DNA of 64,000 nt from a virus. Made by a program: the position numbers and the translations under genes. The stretch's first letter is position 1. Each line of letters opens with the position of its first letter. Positions 55,218-64,000 of this stretch are shown here, one piece after another. The notes beneath the pieces were generated by a model that saw nothing but the letters and a program-made list of their open reading frames with translations, ran no database searches and was not told the origin of the DNA. The DNA lies in the IMG/VR virus record IMGVR_UViG_3300034152_001291, positions 32,001-96,000 of that record, one strand, 5' to 3'.

Positions 55218-55855
55218 CTATTCATTTCCTGAACGGCTCTGATCAACCAGTCCTCGATTGTGGTCCCGGACTCCGGAGGGATCGTATCGTTGAACTCGGG
55301 GTGTTGATTTCCGAATCGGAGAACCTGACGGATTCCCTCGTTGGCCATCTCAGGGATCGGAGCAGGAGTCCTGTGCTTGAAGGGACGGCACACCTGGTAA
55401 GCGCCGACTCGACAGAAGATGGGGCGGCTTTTGTAGACGAGGCAGTGTCCCAGGAAAAAGGGACACCATTCGTTCTCTTCGGTCCACTCGAACTGGAAGA
55501 GGTCCGATTTCGGGGGATGGGCCCACGGCACGCCGTAGTCCCCGCAGAACCTCTTCCACTTCTCGAGCAAAGCGGCCGCCCGGTCCTCCACATGCTCGCG
55601 GACCGGCCTGACCATCTTGGCGATCTCGTTTTCGAGGATGATCTTCTCGATCGGAGCGTAGAGGATGGGCATGCGCTTGCAGCAGTCCACGCACAGGCCA
55701 CAAGAGTAGCCCATGCCCGCCAGGTCGTTCCGGCGCCAGTCCTCCGCCGTGGAGACGGCCGACAAGAACTCCTTGCGAATCTTGCTGAGGCGCTTGCCGG
55801 CGATGTATTTGTACATCTTCTGGAGGGCGCGCGTCGTTTTCTTGATGTCGCTCAT
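55157..55855 (-). CDS. YkgJ-like Cys-cluster (Fe-S/Zn) protein
   Basis: CGLCVDCC and CPFF...CLVY..RP..CR. Confidence 0.75.
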   Translation of the reverse strand: MSDIKKTTRALQKMYKYIAGKRLSKIRKEFLSAVSTAEDWRRNDLAGMGYSCGLCVDCCKRMPILYAPIEKIILENEIAKMVRPVREHVEDRAAALLEKWKRFCGDYGVPWAHPPKSDLFQFEWTEENEWCPFFLGHCLVYKSRPIFCRVGAYQVCRPFKHRTPAPIPEMANEGIRQVLRFGNQHPEFNDTIPPESGTTIEDWLIRAVQEMNRWVKDRKPSGIIPILSLLTK

Positions 55856-56109
55856 CCGATCTCCGGGAAGTAGACGTGGCAGTAGGTCGACTTCCTTCGA
55901 AGGTTCTCGATGAATTCCTTCGTCTTTTTGTCGTCCTCGGCCGCCTCCAGGAAGTGGAAGTCGTCGCAGTTTCGGGCGAATACGACGCCCTCAGGAAGAT
56001 TCCCTTCGTCGTGGTACAGGAGGCCCTCGTCGCTCGCGATGGCTTCGGCCTCCTCGAGTGTCATGAGGCGCGTCTGGACGGATGTTACCCGCACCGTTTT
56101 CTTGGCCAT
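55852..56109 (-). CDS. small hypothetical protein
   Basis: GGAGG RBS, 85 aa. Confidence 0.65.
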   Translation of the reverse strand: MAKKTVRVTSVQTRLMTLEEAEAIASDEGLLYHDEGNLPEGVVFARNCDDFHFLEAAEDDKKTKEFIENLRRKSTYCHVYFPEIG

Positions 56110-56172
56110 TTCAGTCCTCCCCTGACGACCCTCCCGAGGAGCATGGGGGCTCCCCGGGAGGGCGGGTTCTTC

Positions 56173-57405
56173 TCACTTCACTTCCACGTCGATGGTTTTG
56201 GCGAAGTCCCTCTGCGCCATCCGCAGGAGGTTCGAGCCGATCTCCTGAAGACCGACGGCCCTCTCGAAGTCGGTTTCCGCGACCTCGCGGCCCTCGGCGG
56301 TGAACGCCTGTGCCAGCGCGAACCGGCTGTTGCCGACCTCGTCCGCCTCCTTCACGAACCGGTCCAGGATGCTGGTCCCCGTCGATTCGGGGAGGGAGAA
56401 CTTCTTCGAGACGTTCTCGATGGTGAAGCGGGGGTTTTCCACCGGGTAGCCCGCGTTCTCGGAGAAGATCTCGACGACCTTGTCGAACTCGTCCTTGACC
56501 ATCGTCGCCCTGACGACGTCTCGGAGACGCGCGAACAGGGACTCGTTCATCTTCCTGATCGTGCTCTCGGACAGGACCGTCAGGTCCGAGTAGTCGGCGC
56601 CGATGTGGATCTGCCTCAGCTCTTCGGTACTGACCAGCAGGTTGGAGCAGGAGTAGACCATGAGGAGGGGGCAGGCGACCAGCGTGGAGAGCCCCACGTC
56701 CGAACCCTTCAGACGCAGCCCGGCCCCGCAGGGGACACGGATCATCTTGTGCCCCCGTCCCTTCTCGGGGAAGGTGATTTCGGAGCGGACATCCGTCATG
56801 ATGTCGAGGAACATCGTCCGGTCGGACAGAGCGCCCGAGACCGTCAGGTTGTTCCCGGTCTTCGCGGCTTCGTCCAGGCCCACGCTCGCCACGTCGTGGT
56901 TGTCGATGATCCTGTACGAGCTCGAGAGGATCGCCCGCATGACACCGCCGTCTCCGTTGGTCGGAAGGAAGTTCCGGATCAGCTGGCGATGGATGTTCGG
57001 ATCCACCTTCTTCTTCCTCTGACGGGCCGTTCCGGTCCGGTTGAGGATGTCCGCGTCGTGCCACCAGGTGTTGAAGATGTCGGCCGCGAGCGCGGGATAG
57101 CGCGCCGCGGTCCGCCGGAAGTCATCCAGGTGGACCTTCGTCAGGCTGGCGGCCTGCGAGAGTCCGACCCCGGTGGGGCGGAAGGGATCGCCCTGCCCCG
57201 ACACCTTGAAGCCGAATCGGGGGCCGTCCCCCGTCTCGACCACGGCCGCCTCGAAGTCGCGGCGCCTGAGGATCAGGTCGAGGCGGGCCCGGCTCCTCTT
57301 GACGAGGGTTCCGGCCAGGTCCTCCGCGTTCAGGATCCTGTTGGACCGGTTGCCGTAGGGCTGGACGACCGCGTCGTCCAGGTTGATTCCGTTGGTCTGG
57401 ACCAT
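56173..57405 (-). CDS. DUF932-like phage protein
   Basis: RAILSSSY..IDN, GSDVG.S, CSN.L, H.G motifs; strong codon bias. Confidence 0.65.
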   Translation of the reverse strand: MVQTNGINLDDAVVQPYGNRSNRILNAEDLAGTLVKRSRARLDLILRRRDFEAAVVETGDGPRFGFKVSGQGDPFRPTGVGLSQAASLTKVHLDDFRRTAARYPALAADIFNTWWHDADILNRTGTARQRKKKVDPNIHRQLIRNFLPTNGDGGVMRAILSSSYRIIDNHDVASVGLDEAAKTGNNLTVSGALSDRTMFLDIMTDVRSEITFPEKGRGHKMIRVPCGAGLRLKGSDVGLSTLVACPLLMVYSCSNLLVSTEELRQIHIGADYSDLTVLSESTIRKMNESLFARLRDVVRATMVKDEFDKVVEIFSENAGYPVENPRFTIENVSKKFSLPESTGTSILDRFVKEADEVGNSRFALAQAFTAEGREVAETDFERAVGLQEIGSNLLRMAQRDFAKTIDVEVK

Positions 57406-57409
57406 GTGC

Positions 57410-57820
57410 TCACTCCTTCTTGTTCATCTTCCCGTCCAGGGTGTCCCGGAGGACTTGGCCGAGACGATTCAGAACTGACCTCATCATGATCTTGTCTTTT
57501 CCCAGCACGATCCTCAGGAACGGGAAATCGTACTTCAGGCAGCGCCAGGTCACGCCGGCGTCTCCGTCTTCAGGGGTGAAGACGACGTCATCCATGGAGA
57601 GATGAGGGGCGAACCGGTCGAGGACGAGGGATAGATCTTCGAGAAGAGGTTCTACGTCGTACCACATTGTGGATTGTGTAGGCTTCGGGCGCTTGTCATC
57701 GATCTTCTCGAATCTCGAGAGGCCGATATTCCTCTGGTAGCGGAACGTGTTGATGGTCACGCTTCCGCCGGTCTGGATGTGGGCCCCGCACAGAGCCAGG
57801 AAGAGATCCTTCTCCATCAT
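57410..57820 (-). CDS. hypothetical protein
   Basis: ATGA-coupled to the DNA polymerase gene. Confidence 0.65.
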   Translation of the reverse strand: MMEKDLFLALCGAHIQTGGSVTINTFRYQRNIGLSRFEKIDDKRPKPTQSTMWYDVEPLLEDLSLVLDRFAPHLSMDDVVFTPEDGDAGVTWRCLKYDFPFLRIVLGKDKIMMRSVLNRLGQVLRDTLDGKMNKKE

Positions 57821-60800
57821 CGCCCTCCAGTTCTCAGGTACTCCTCAACCGACATCGTGTCGGGCTCGGATCGGGCCGTCCGATACTGCCGGTAGTCGGA
57901 GACGTACTTTGACGCCCAGACCCTCTGGGCATCGGACAGCATCGCGACGGAAGGCTTGATTCCGGTCTCGGCCGGAGGGACGGATCCTACCTCGGGAACG
58001 TCATCGTTGTCCTTCTCGCTCCAGTCGTCGCAGACCTTCACGGATGCGAGAACCGGAACGACGATGTCGAACCAAGGAAGCTCCATGATGTACTTGGTCA
58101 GGACGGCGATGTCTTCTGCCAGACTCTCCGGCACGTCGAGCATGATCTCGTCGTGAACCTGGAGGACGATCTTGGAATCGCCGAACGCCCCTGACCTCAC
58201 GATGTTCGCGTAGACCGACGAGATGATGCACTTCAAGAAATCGGCCGCGCTTCCCTGGATGATCGAGTTGAAGATCTTACCAGGCTGCACGTCGTCCTTC
58301 GGATTGAAGTGGCGCTGCCGGCCGGATACGAGCGTGAACTTATGGACACCCCTGAGCCACTGCTCCTCGAGGTCCTCGATCGTCTCGGGGATTTTCACGT
58401 ACAGACGCATGAATGCGTTTATGAACTTCGTCGACGATTGAACGTCGTAGCTCATGTCCGGGAGGAAGAGTCCCGCGTACCGTGCGAAGCCTTCGGCACC
58501 CAAGCCGTACATCAACCCGAAATTCAGATTGTTGTGGCCCAGGAGACCTCCTTGGAGATAGAGGTGGTCATCGTTTTCGATGTGAAAATCGTAGACGGTC
58601 CGCCTGCCCGCATCGATGACAAGTCGAACTTCGTCTTCGATCTTTCGAGCCCGCTTACAGACCTTGGCGGCTCGTGCCTCGAGTCTCGCTTTCTTGTTCT
58701 GCTCTCGAAGGGGGATTTCGTCGTTTGCAGTTTCAAACCCGGGAGCAAGAAGATGCAGACGGTAGTACCACCGTCTGTACGTCTTGTTCCATGACGGTTC
58801 GATGCTTATCGGGCAGCCGATGGATCGGAGCAGAACGGCGATCTGTCCGATGAAGATGGGATCCTTCTGGGTGATGCTCACGTCGACGCCTACCGTCCCA
58901 TCCGTGTCTATGAGTCCGGCCAGATAGGCGCAGATGATTCGGCGCCCTCCTTCGACGACCCACCAGGGAACACGCATGTCCTTGTTCCTGCCCTTGACGA
59001 GGCCGAGATCGGCCAGAAGGCGCACGACCGTTCTTGATCCGAGGTAGGTGTATCTGAGATCCCCTGAACGGGAAGGATTCAAGCCGATCTTCTTGCATGC
59101 TTCGCTCACGGTGCATCGCCACGGCGCGTACCTGTCGTCGCTCCCATGGGTGATGCAGCAGGCATGATCATTGGTCATGGACCCATCCCCGTGGAACAAG
59201 CCGGCGAAGTAGGCCCAGTCCTCGTTCAGAGCCAGGGATGCTCCTCGTTCTTCGATTCGTCGGGTGAACGGATTGACGCGAACCGTCCTGGGGTGCGTGT
59301 CTCTGATGATCGGAATTTCCGCGACGGGAATCTTCATGCCCGGCTTGAGATGCCTGGCCTCGATGAGATAGCCGTCCTCGGTTTTCCAGCGGTGGTCGTC
59401 CGTACAGCATACGACGCCTCTTTTGGTGACGACGATTCTGCACGGCCTGTCGTGTCGGACCAGGCCCTGCCTGGACTTCACGAATCCGCCGCGGCCGTCT
59501 GCGAGGTCGATCGGAGGTATGGATCGGTGTTCGTCGGGCTCGATTCCTACGAGGATCGATTCGATCAATCGAAGCGTCCCGTCGGCGTGGACAATCGTGG
59601 AGCCGTCCAGACATTTTGCCAGCTTCCTTCCGATGTCGAAACCGACGATCTCGGAGACGGCTCGGCGCGTTGTTTCGTGGACGTCACCCGTGTAGTAGAG
59701 GATGTTGTTGTGGACCGCCCGCTCGCTGTAGATCTTCAGGAAGACAGGGTCCCTCGTTACGTAGGCGATGAGCCTGAGTTCGATCTGGGAGAGGTCGGCA
59801 CAGATGAGCTTCCGCCCTTTCGCCGCGTTGAACACCCACCGAATCTTCGGGCCTAGGCCCTGGATCCTCTCGTCGTATTCCTTCGGTTTCTTCCGCGACG
59901 GGATATTCTGGAGGTTCGGGTTGCTCGAGGAGGCGCGGCCCGTGACGGCCCCCACCGGGTTGAACCTGGCGAAGATCCGATGTTCCGGGTCCTGGAGGGA
60001 TCTCTCGAGCAGTTTCACGACGTAGGTCGACCGCAACTTCGTGATCGACCTGTAGTTCAGGATCGCCTGGGCGATCGGGTGCTTGAGCCTCGATAAGATG
60101 TGGACGTTCGTCTTGCGCTTTCCGCCGCTGTAGTCCGGGAGCCGGAGAACGTCATAGAGGATGTGCCCGACCTGGTCGGTCGAGTTGGGGTTGAACTCCG
60201 TGTGGGCGAGGTTGAACAGGTCCGCCTCGAATTCCTCGATCAGAGGATCGAAGACCGCGTCGAGTTCCTGGAGACGCTCGGGCTCCACGTGGATGCCGGC
60301 AGCCTCCATCGCAGCGGCGCCGAAGACCGACTGGATCTCCCGCTCGGCCCAGTCGGGGATCCCCTCCTCGTAGATCCTGTTTCGGCAGTAGTAGTAGAGC
60401 CGCAGGGTTTGCTTGGCGTCGTCACAGGCGTAGGTCCTCTTGTCCCGGTCGGCCTCGGCTCTCAGGTGGACGATCGATCCCTGAAGGTCGTCGATTTGGT
60501 TTTGGATCTTCTCGCGGAGTGCCTCCCGCACCTGCTCCCCGTACCCGCTCTCCACGTAGAGATCGATCTTTTCCTTGAGGTTCGCGATCTTCTCGCGGTT
60601 CTCTTTTTTCCGGGCGTTGTACTTGCTCTTGAGCTCCGCGAGAAGCCGCCGTCTTTCGGCCTCTCCCTCTTTCCTCAGACGGTCGTCGATCTCGCCCTTC
60701 TGCCTCTCGGCGTCTGCGATGACGCGCTCGGCAGCCTGCATCTGCCGGATAGCGTTCGAGTAGAGGAATGCCTCCTCGTACTCGACCATGTCGTGCCGGA

Positions 60801-61200
60801 AGACCTTCTTCACGAGAAATTTCAGGCCGTGGGGAATCTCCTCGTTCAGGAGCCAGGAGAGTACCAGAGTGTCAATGACCTTGGCTCTCACCTGATGGAT
60901 GTCGTAGATGCCGCGGTGGTGGAGAACTCTGAGGTCGAACTGGACGATGTTGTGGCCGACGACCCGGAGACCGGGATTGGCCAGGCACTGCCTGGTGAAG
61001 TCCACGGCCTCCGGTGTCGGGTCCACGGCGATGGAGTAGTAGTCGCTCCCCCGTCCCGCCGCAAGGGCGATGAGCTCGAGATGGGCCTTGCGGGGGTTCT
61101 TGCTTTCCTTGGGATCTTCCCCGGGGGGAGCTTTGGTCTCGAGGTCGATCGAGACGACCCCGTGGCGTTCGATTCTTTTTCTGAGCTCTCCGAACTTCAT
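57817..61200 (-). CDS. polA: family A DNA polymerase with 3'-5' exonuclease, intein-containing
   Basis: DLET, GHN..FD, Y..DD; TGR.SS.NPNLQNIP; motif A ADLSQIELR; motif B RKLAK|NLNFGLMYG; motif C QVHDE. Confidence 0.95.
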   Translation of the reverse strand: MKFGELRKRIERHGVVSIDLETKAPPGEDPKESKNPRKAHLELIALAAGRGSDYYSIAVDPTPEAVDFTRQCLANPGLRVVGHNIVQFDLRVLHHRGIYDIHQVRAKVIDTLVLSWLLNEEIPHGLKFLVKKVFRHDMVEYEEAFLYSNAIRQMQAAERVIADAERQKGEIDDRLRKEGEAERRRLLAELKSKYNARKKENREKIANLKEKIDLYVESGYGEQVREALREKIQNQIDDLQGSIVHLRAEADRDKRTYACDDAKQTLRLYYYCRNRIYEEGIPDWAEREIQSVFGAAAMEAAGIHVEPERLQELDAVFDPLIEEFEADLFNLAHTEFNPNSTDQVGHILYDVLRLPDYSGGKRKTNVHILSRLKHPIAQAILNYRSITKLRSTYVVKLLERSLQDPEHRIFARFNPVGAVTGRASSSNPNLQNIPSRKKPKEYDERIQGLGPKIRWVFNAAKGRKLICADLSQIELRLIAYVTRDPVFLKIYSERAVHNNILYYTGDVHETTRRAVSEIVGFDIGRKLAKCLDGSTIVHADGTLRLIESILVGIEPDEHRSIPPIDLADGRGGFVKSRQGLVRHDRPCRIVVTKRGVVCCTDDHRWKTEDGYLIEARHLKPGMKIPVAEIPIIRDTHPRTVRVNPFTRRIEERGASLALNEDWAYFAGLFHGDGSMTNDHACCITHGSDDRYAPWRCTVSEACKKIGLNPSRSGDLRYTYLGSRTVVRLLADLGLVKGRNKDMRVPWWVVEGGRRIICAYLAGLIDTDGTVGVDVSITQKDPIFIGQIAVLLRSIGCPISIEPSWNKTYRRWYYRLHLLAPGFETANDEIPLREQNKKARLEARAAKVCKRARKIEDEVRLVIDAGRRTVYDFHIENDDHLYLQGGLLGHNNLNFGLMYGLGAEGFARYAGLFLPDMSYDVQSSTKFINAFMRLYVKIPETIEDLEEQWLRGVHKFTLVSGRQRHFNPKDDVQPGKIFNSIIQGSAADFLKCIISSVYANIVRSGAFGDSKIVLQVHDEIMLDVPESLAEDIAVLTKYIMELPWFDIVVPVLASVKVCDDWSEKDNDDVPEVGSVPPAETGIKPSVAMLSDAQRVWASKYVSDYRQYRTARSEPDTMSVEEYLRTGGR
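58531..59613 (-). mobile_element. intein (361 aa) with LAGLIDADG endonuclease in polymerase motif B; +1 residue is Asn
   Basis: CLDGSTIV...CTDDH...AGLFHGDG...LAGLIDTDG...VYDF...LGHN then NLNFG. Confidence 0.92.
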
Positions 61201-61209
61201 CGCTCCTCG

Positions 61210-62769
61210 TTAGAGAGGTTTCTGTTCGAACGGGTTGTAGGCATTCGACTCGTTCAGGTCTTCCAGGTCCTCGATGGAGGGCTGGCCCTGCATCTGGGTG
61301 GGCGTGGGGGCCTGCTGAGGCATCTGGCCCTGCTGGGGCTGTTGCTGCCCCTGGGAGGTCTGGAACATGGTCCCACGGGGCCCTGCCATATTGGCAGAGG
61401 AGGGACCGGCCTGCTGGCCGAACTGCGGCTGGGCGGGGCCGAATCCTTGCGCGTGGGCGGGCGCAGGCCGCTGCTGGGACTGGTTCTGGCCCTGGAAGGA
61501 CTGGTTGCCGGGGCCGGGGCCCTGAAAACCGCTCTGAGGGGCAAAACCTTGTTGACCCTGGTCGACATTCTGCCCGAACCCGGGCCCGGAGAGTCCTTGC
61601 TGGGTCGGCTGTTGGCCGAAGGGATTCTGCCCCGTCTGCGGCCTCTGCTGAGGCTGGAAGCCCTGCTGGGACTGGGGGCCCTGCGGGGACTGCTGGAAGC
61701 CGCCCTGGCTCTGCTGCTGAGGGTTCTGGGAGAAGCCGCCTTGGCTCTGCTGCTGGAAACCCTGCTGGGAACCGCCCTGGAACATCGTCCCCCTGGAGCT
61801 CTGGGCCTGGTTCATGGGGCGGCCGAAGACCTCGAGAGCGCCATCCTCGGAGTAGGTCCACCGCCCGCCGGTGTCGTGGGTGTTGCAGAGGTTGATGTGG
61901 GTCGTCAGGATCTGCTTCAGGGATTCATCGTCCATCAGAGGCCACCCCTGCTCCAGATCGGGGATCTGGTTGAGGAGGGGCTGGCAGTTCGCCGGATTCT
62001 CGTAGCCCCTGAAGATCCAGGAGTCTCCGATTCTCGGCGTCCGGTCCCCCTGCGAGCGGCTGACCGAGAAGCGCGCGAACTGGCGCGTCGAGCGCCCGCC
62101 GGTCTGGCTCGCGTAGGCGTCGATGCTCTTCCCGATGTGGGCGAGCGTCCCGCTGTCGGAGCAGACGAGCAGCCGGATCATGTAGGAATACTGTTGGCCG
62201 CTGATGATGGCGGGTCGGAGGTCGACGACCGGCCAGACCATGTAGAAGCGGGGGTCCCGCGTCAGGACCTTGCAGACCGGACACGGACGACCCTGGGGAT
62301 TCCGGATGTACTGGGTCCCGTCGGCGCTGAGCATCCAGTAGACGCACCGAACGGTCTCGACATCGGGGAAGCTGTGCCCGCCGGCCTGGACCCACTTGCG
62401 GAAGACCTCATGGGCCAGGATTCTGCTGCCCTCCGTCAGGAGGATGAGGTCGGTGCTCTGTCCTTTCTTGAGGTAGAAGTCCCGGAGGTTCCCCCTGAGC
62501 CTCCAGATCTGGTTCCAGATCGCGCTGCCAGTCGAGACGTTGCGTCGCTTCGACTCCTCGCTTGCCGCCAGCATCGCTTGGGTCTCGGGGGACACCTGGG
62601 CCTGGGTCGAGAACTGCGGGCCGCCCTGCTGGGGTTGCGGGCCGCCCTGCTGGAACTGCCCGGCCTGCTGGAACTGACCTCCCTGCGGAGAGCCGTGTCC
62701 CTGGAACTGGCCCTGCTGATTCGGAAAGGGCTGGCCCTGTCCGAAGCTCTGGTTGGGATTTCCGTTCAT
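61210..62769 (-). CDS. gp32-like single-stranded DNA-binding protein with Q/G/F-rich tails
   Basis: Central core with HEV...C...CPVC and FSVSR...GDSW.F; acidic C-terminal tip; between primase and polymerase. Confidence 0.65.
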   Translation of the reverse strand: MNGNPNQSFGQGQPFPNQQGQFQGHGSPQGGQFQQAGQFQQGGPQPQQGGPQFSTQAQVSPETQAMLAASEESKRRNVSTGSAIWNQIWRLRGNLRDFYLKKGQSTDLILLTEGSRILAHEVFRKWVQAGGHSFPDVETVRCVYWMLSADGTQYIRNPQGRPCPVCKVLTRDPRFYMVWPVVDLRPAIISGQQYSYMIRLLVCSDSGTLAHIGKSIDAYASQTGGRSTRQFARFSVSRSQGDRTPRIGDSWIFRGYENPANCQPLLNQIPDLEQGWPLMDDESLKQILTTHINLCNTHDTGGRWTYSEDGALEVFGRPMNQAQSSRGTMFQGGSQQGFQQQSQGGFSQNPQQQSQGGFQQSPQGPQSQQGFQPQQRPQTGQNPFGQQPTQQGLSGPGFGQNVDQGQQGFAPQSGFQGPGPGNQSFQGQNQSQQRPAPAHAQGFGPAQPQFGQQAGPSSANMAGPRGTMFQTSQGQQQPQQGQMPQQAPTPTQMQGQPSIEDLEDLNESNAYNPFEQKPL

Positions 62770-62777
62770 GTCTCCTC

Positions 62778-63773
62778 CTAAAATCCTAAGAGGTTCCTGA
62801 GATCGTCCTTGGTCATCAGTTTGGGGTCCTTCGGAGGAACGATGTTCTGCGCCGCGACTCCATGAGCTACGAGCTCCTTCACGACTGTCGTTGCGGCGTT
62901 CTGCCCCTCTTGATCCGGATCGAGCATGACGTACACCACTCTCGGGGCCGCCTGGATGATCTTCCGGATCTTGCTCTTACCCAGGAAAAGTCCGATGAGG
63001 GCGACTGCTCTTTCTCCCAGAGACAGGAAGTGCGCTGCGTCGAACGAGCCCTCGTGTACGAAGAGCCGCTCGCCCCTGGCGTAGTCGAGGAGGTGCTCTC
63101 CGTAGAGAAAGTGGCCCGAACTGAATTTGAAGAACGTCCCGTACTTCGCTCGTTTTCCCTCACGCTGGAGCGGTCGGTACTGGGCGCCGACGCATATCGT
63201 CCGTCCCTGAATTCTCGAAAGAACCGGGATGAGGACGGCATTCCTGATCTCGTAGGGTTCCTTGTCGTACCGGTAGCGGGTGGCCTGCTCGATCCACGAA
63301 AATTTGAGCCAGCGAGCCACGCCGATCGGGACGCCTTTCGACTCGATGAACGAGACGCCTTCCGGCGGGATCCCCGTTCGGAAATACTGGGTCAGTTCGT
63401 TGTTGTAGTTGTTGATCTTGACTTTCTTTTCGACCTTCGGAGCAGGCGGCCTCGCCTTCCGGGTCTCGTCCTCGATCGTTCGGCTCGTGTCGAGGAGATT
63501 CAGAACCGCTCCCTGTGTGAGCGCGTTCAGGTCTTCCAGGGCGGTGACGAATTTCTTCCTGTAGCCGCAGGCGAAGCACTTCACGGAGGACGGTCCGTCC
63601 GGGCATATGTATGCGGTCATGGAAGGAGAGCGGTCATCTCCGTCGTCGTGGCGGTAGGCGGCCATGAAGCAGGAGAACTTGAAGTGGCTCTCCCCGGATT
63701 CGTGAATGTGACTCCTGATGATTCCGAGGTTCCGGAGTCCCTCGAGAATCGAGTACAGAGAATTTCGGTCCAT
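62778..63773 (-). CDS. DNA primase (Zn finger + Toprim)
   Basis: C...H..D..PS...CFACG; LYG, HEGSFDA, G, LDPDQEG, KDP. Confidence 0.88.
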   Translation of the reverse strand: MDRNSLYSILEGLRNLGIIRSHIHESGESHFKFSCFMAAYRHDDGDDRSPSMTAYICPDGPSSVKCFACGYRKKFVTALEDLNALTQGAVLNLLDTSRTIEDETRKARPPAPKVEKKVKINNYNNELTQYFRTGIPPEGVSFIESKGVPIGVARWLKFSWIEQATRYRYDKEPYEIRNAVLIPVLSRIQGRTICVGAQYRPLQREGKRAKYGTFFKFSSGHFLYGEHLLDYARGERLFVHEGSFDAAHFLSLGERAVALIGLFLGKSKIRKIIQAAPRVVYVMLDPDQEGQNAATTVVKELVAHGVAAQNIVPPKDPKLMTKDDLRNLLGF

Positions 63774-63781
63774 GAGACTTC

Positions 63782-64000
63782 CTATCCGCATGTTCCTTCC
63801 GTGAACAGACAGACCGCACACCTCTTGCAGGTTCCGTTGACCCGGATCATGAGGCTTCCGCATTGAGGACAGACGTCGCCGAGCGTTTGGGAGTTCGTTT
63901 CCGGCGCGGGATTTTTCTTGGGCATCTTTTCCTGGGAGGAGGTGCCTCCGCCGAGAAGTGCCGAGGACTCCTCGTCGAACTGCGCGAGGAACTTGAAGAT
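63782..64000 (-). CDS. C-terminus of a class II ribonucleotide reductase/TSCPD-type protein (partial, not in ORF track)
   Basis: IFKFLAQF...GDVCPQCGSLMIRVNGTCKRCAVC...CG-stop, like the Zn-ribbon tail of NrdJ. Confidence 0.6.
   Translation of the reverse strand: MFKFLAQFDEESSALLGGGTSSQEKMPKKNPAPETNSQTLGDVCPQCGSLMIRVNGTCKRCAVCLFTEGTCG

Noticed and set aside
1733-62781. Many long antisense or alternate-frame ORFs (e.g. 1733-3844, 22211-25561, 41994-43910, 60100-62781)
   Set aside because: They mirror real genes; strong GC3 bias removes stops from shadow frames; no motifs or RBS
1-64000. Alternative genetic code or stop-codon reassignment
   Set aside because: Conserved genes are full length under the standard code, and TAA, TAG and TGA all end genes
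1-64000. tRNA genes, integrase, reverse transcriptase/DGR
   Set aside because: None recognised by eye; gaps are few and lack cloverleaf motifs, though tRNAscan was not run

Overview
A 64-kb, GC-rich segment of a large tailed (myovirus-like) bacteriophage genome. No cellular housekeeping context, rRNA, tRNA or CRISPR array was recognised. The + strand (1-44015) is the virion morphogenesis arm: portal, fibre-like proteins, baseplate spike, gpA-type terminase, an intein-containing prohead protease, scaffold/head proteins, major capsid protein, neck proteins, tail sheath and tail tube. Embedded in it is a single-chain beta-beta' fusion RNA polymerase with an intein and a DFNGD catalytic motif. 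The - strand (44024-64000) is the transcription/replication arm: sigma70-type factor, RuvC, RNase H, Cas4-like nuclease, family-4 UDG, RecA, SF2 helicase, intein-containing family-A DNA polymerase, an SSB with Q/G/F-rich tails, a Toprim primase and the end of a probable class II RNR. Most notable: (i) a probable phage-encoded two-polypeptide RNAP holoenzyme whose Mg-binding loop has Asn in place of the middle Asp; (ii) a K-x-A motif system across head proteins, including small proteins with an (A/G)F-x-x-E-(L/M/I)-x-K-I-A leader, likely a capsid-targeting/protease-processing code; (iii) a DNA-polymerase intein lacking a +1 nucleophile; (iv) a 23-bp palindrome found four times; (v) a perfect 52-bp intragenic inverted repeat whose inversion keeps the frame open; (vi) two structured intergenic RNA candidates. 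All functional calls rest on motif recognition by eye; no searches were run.
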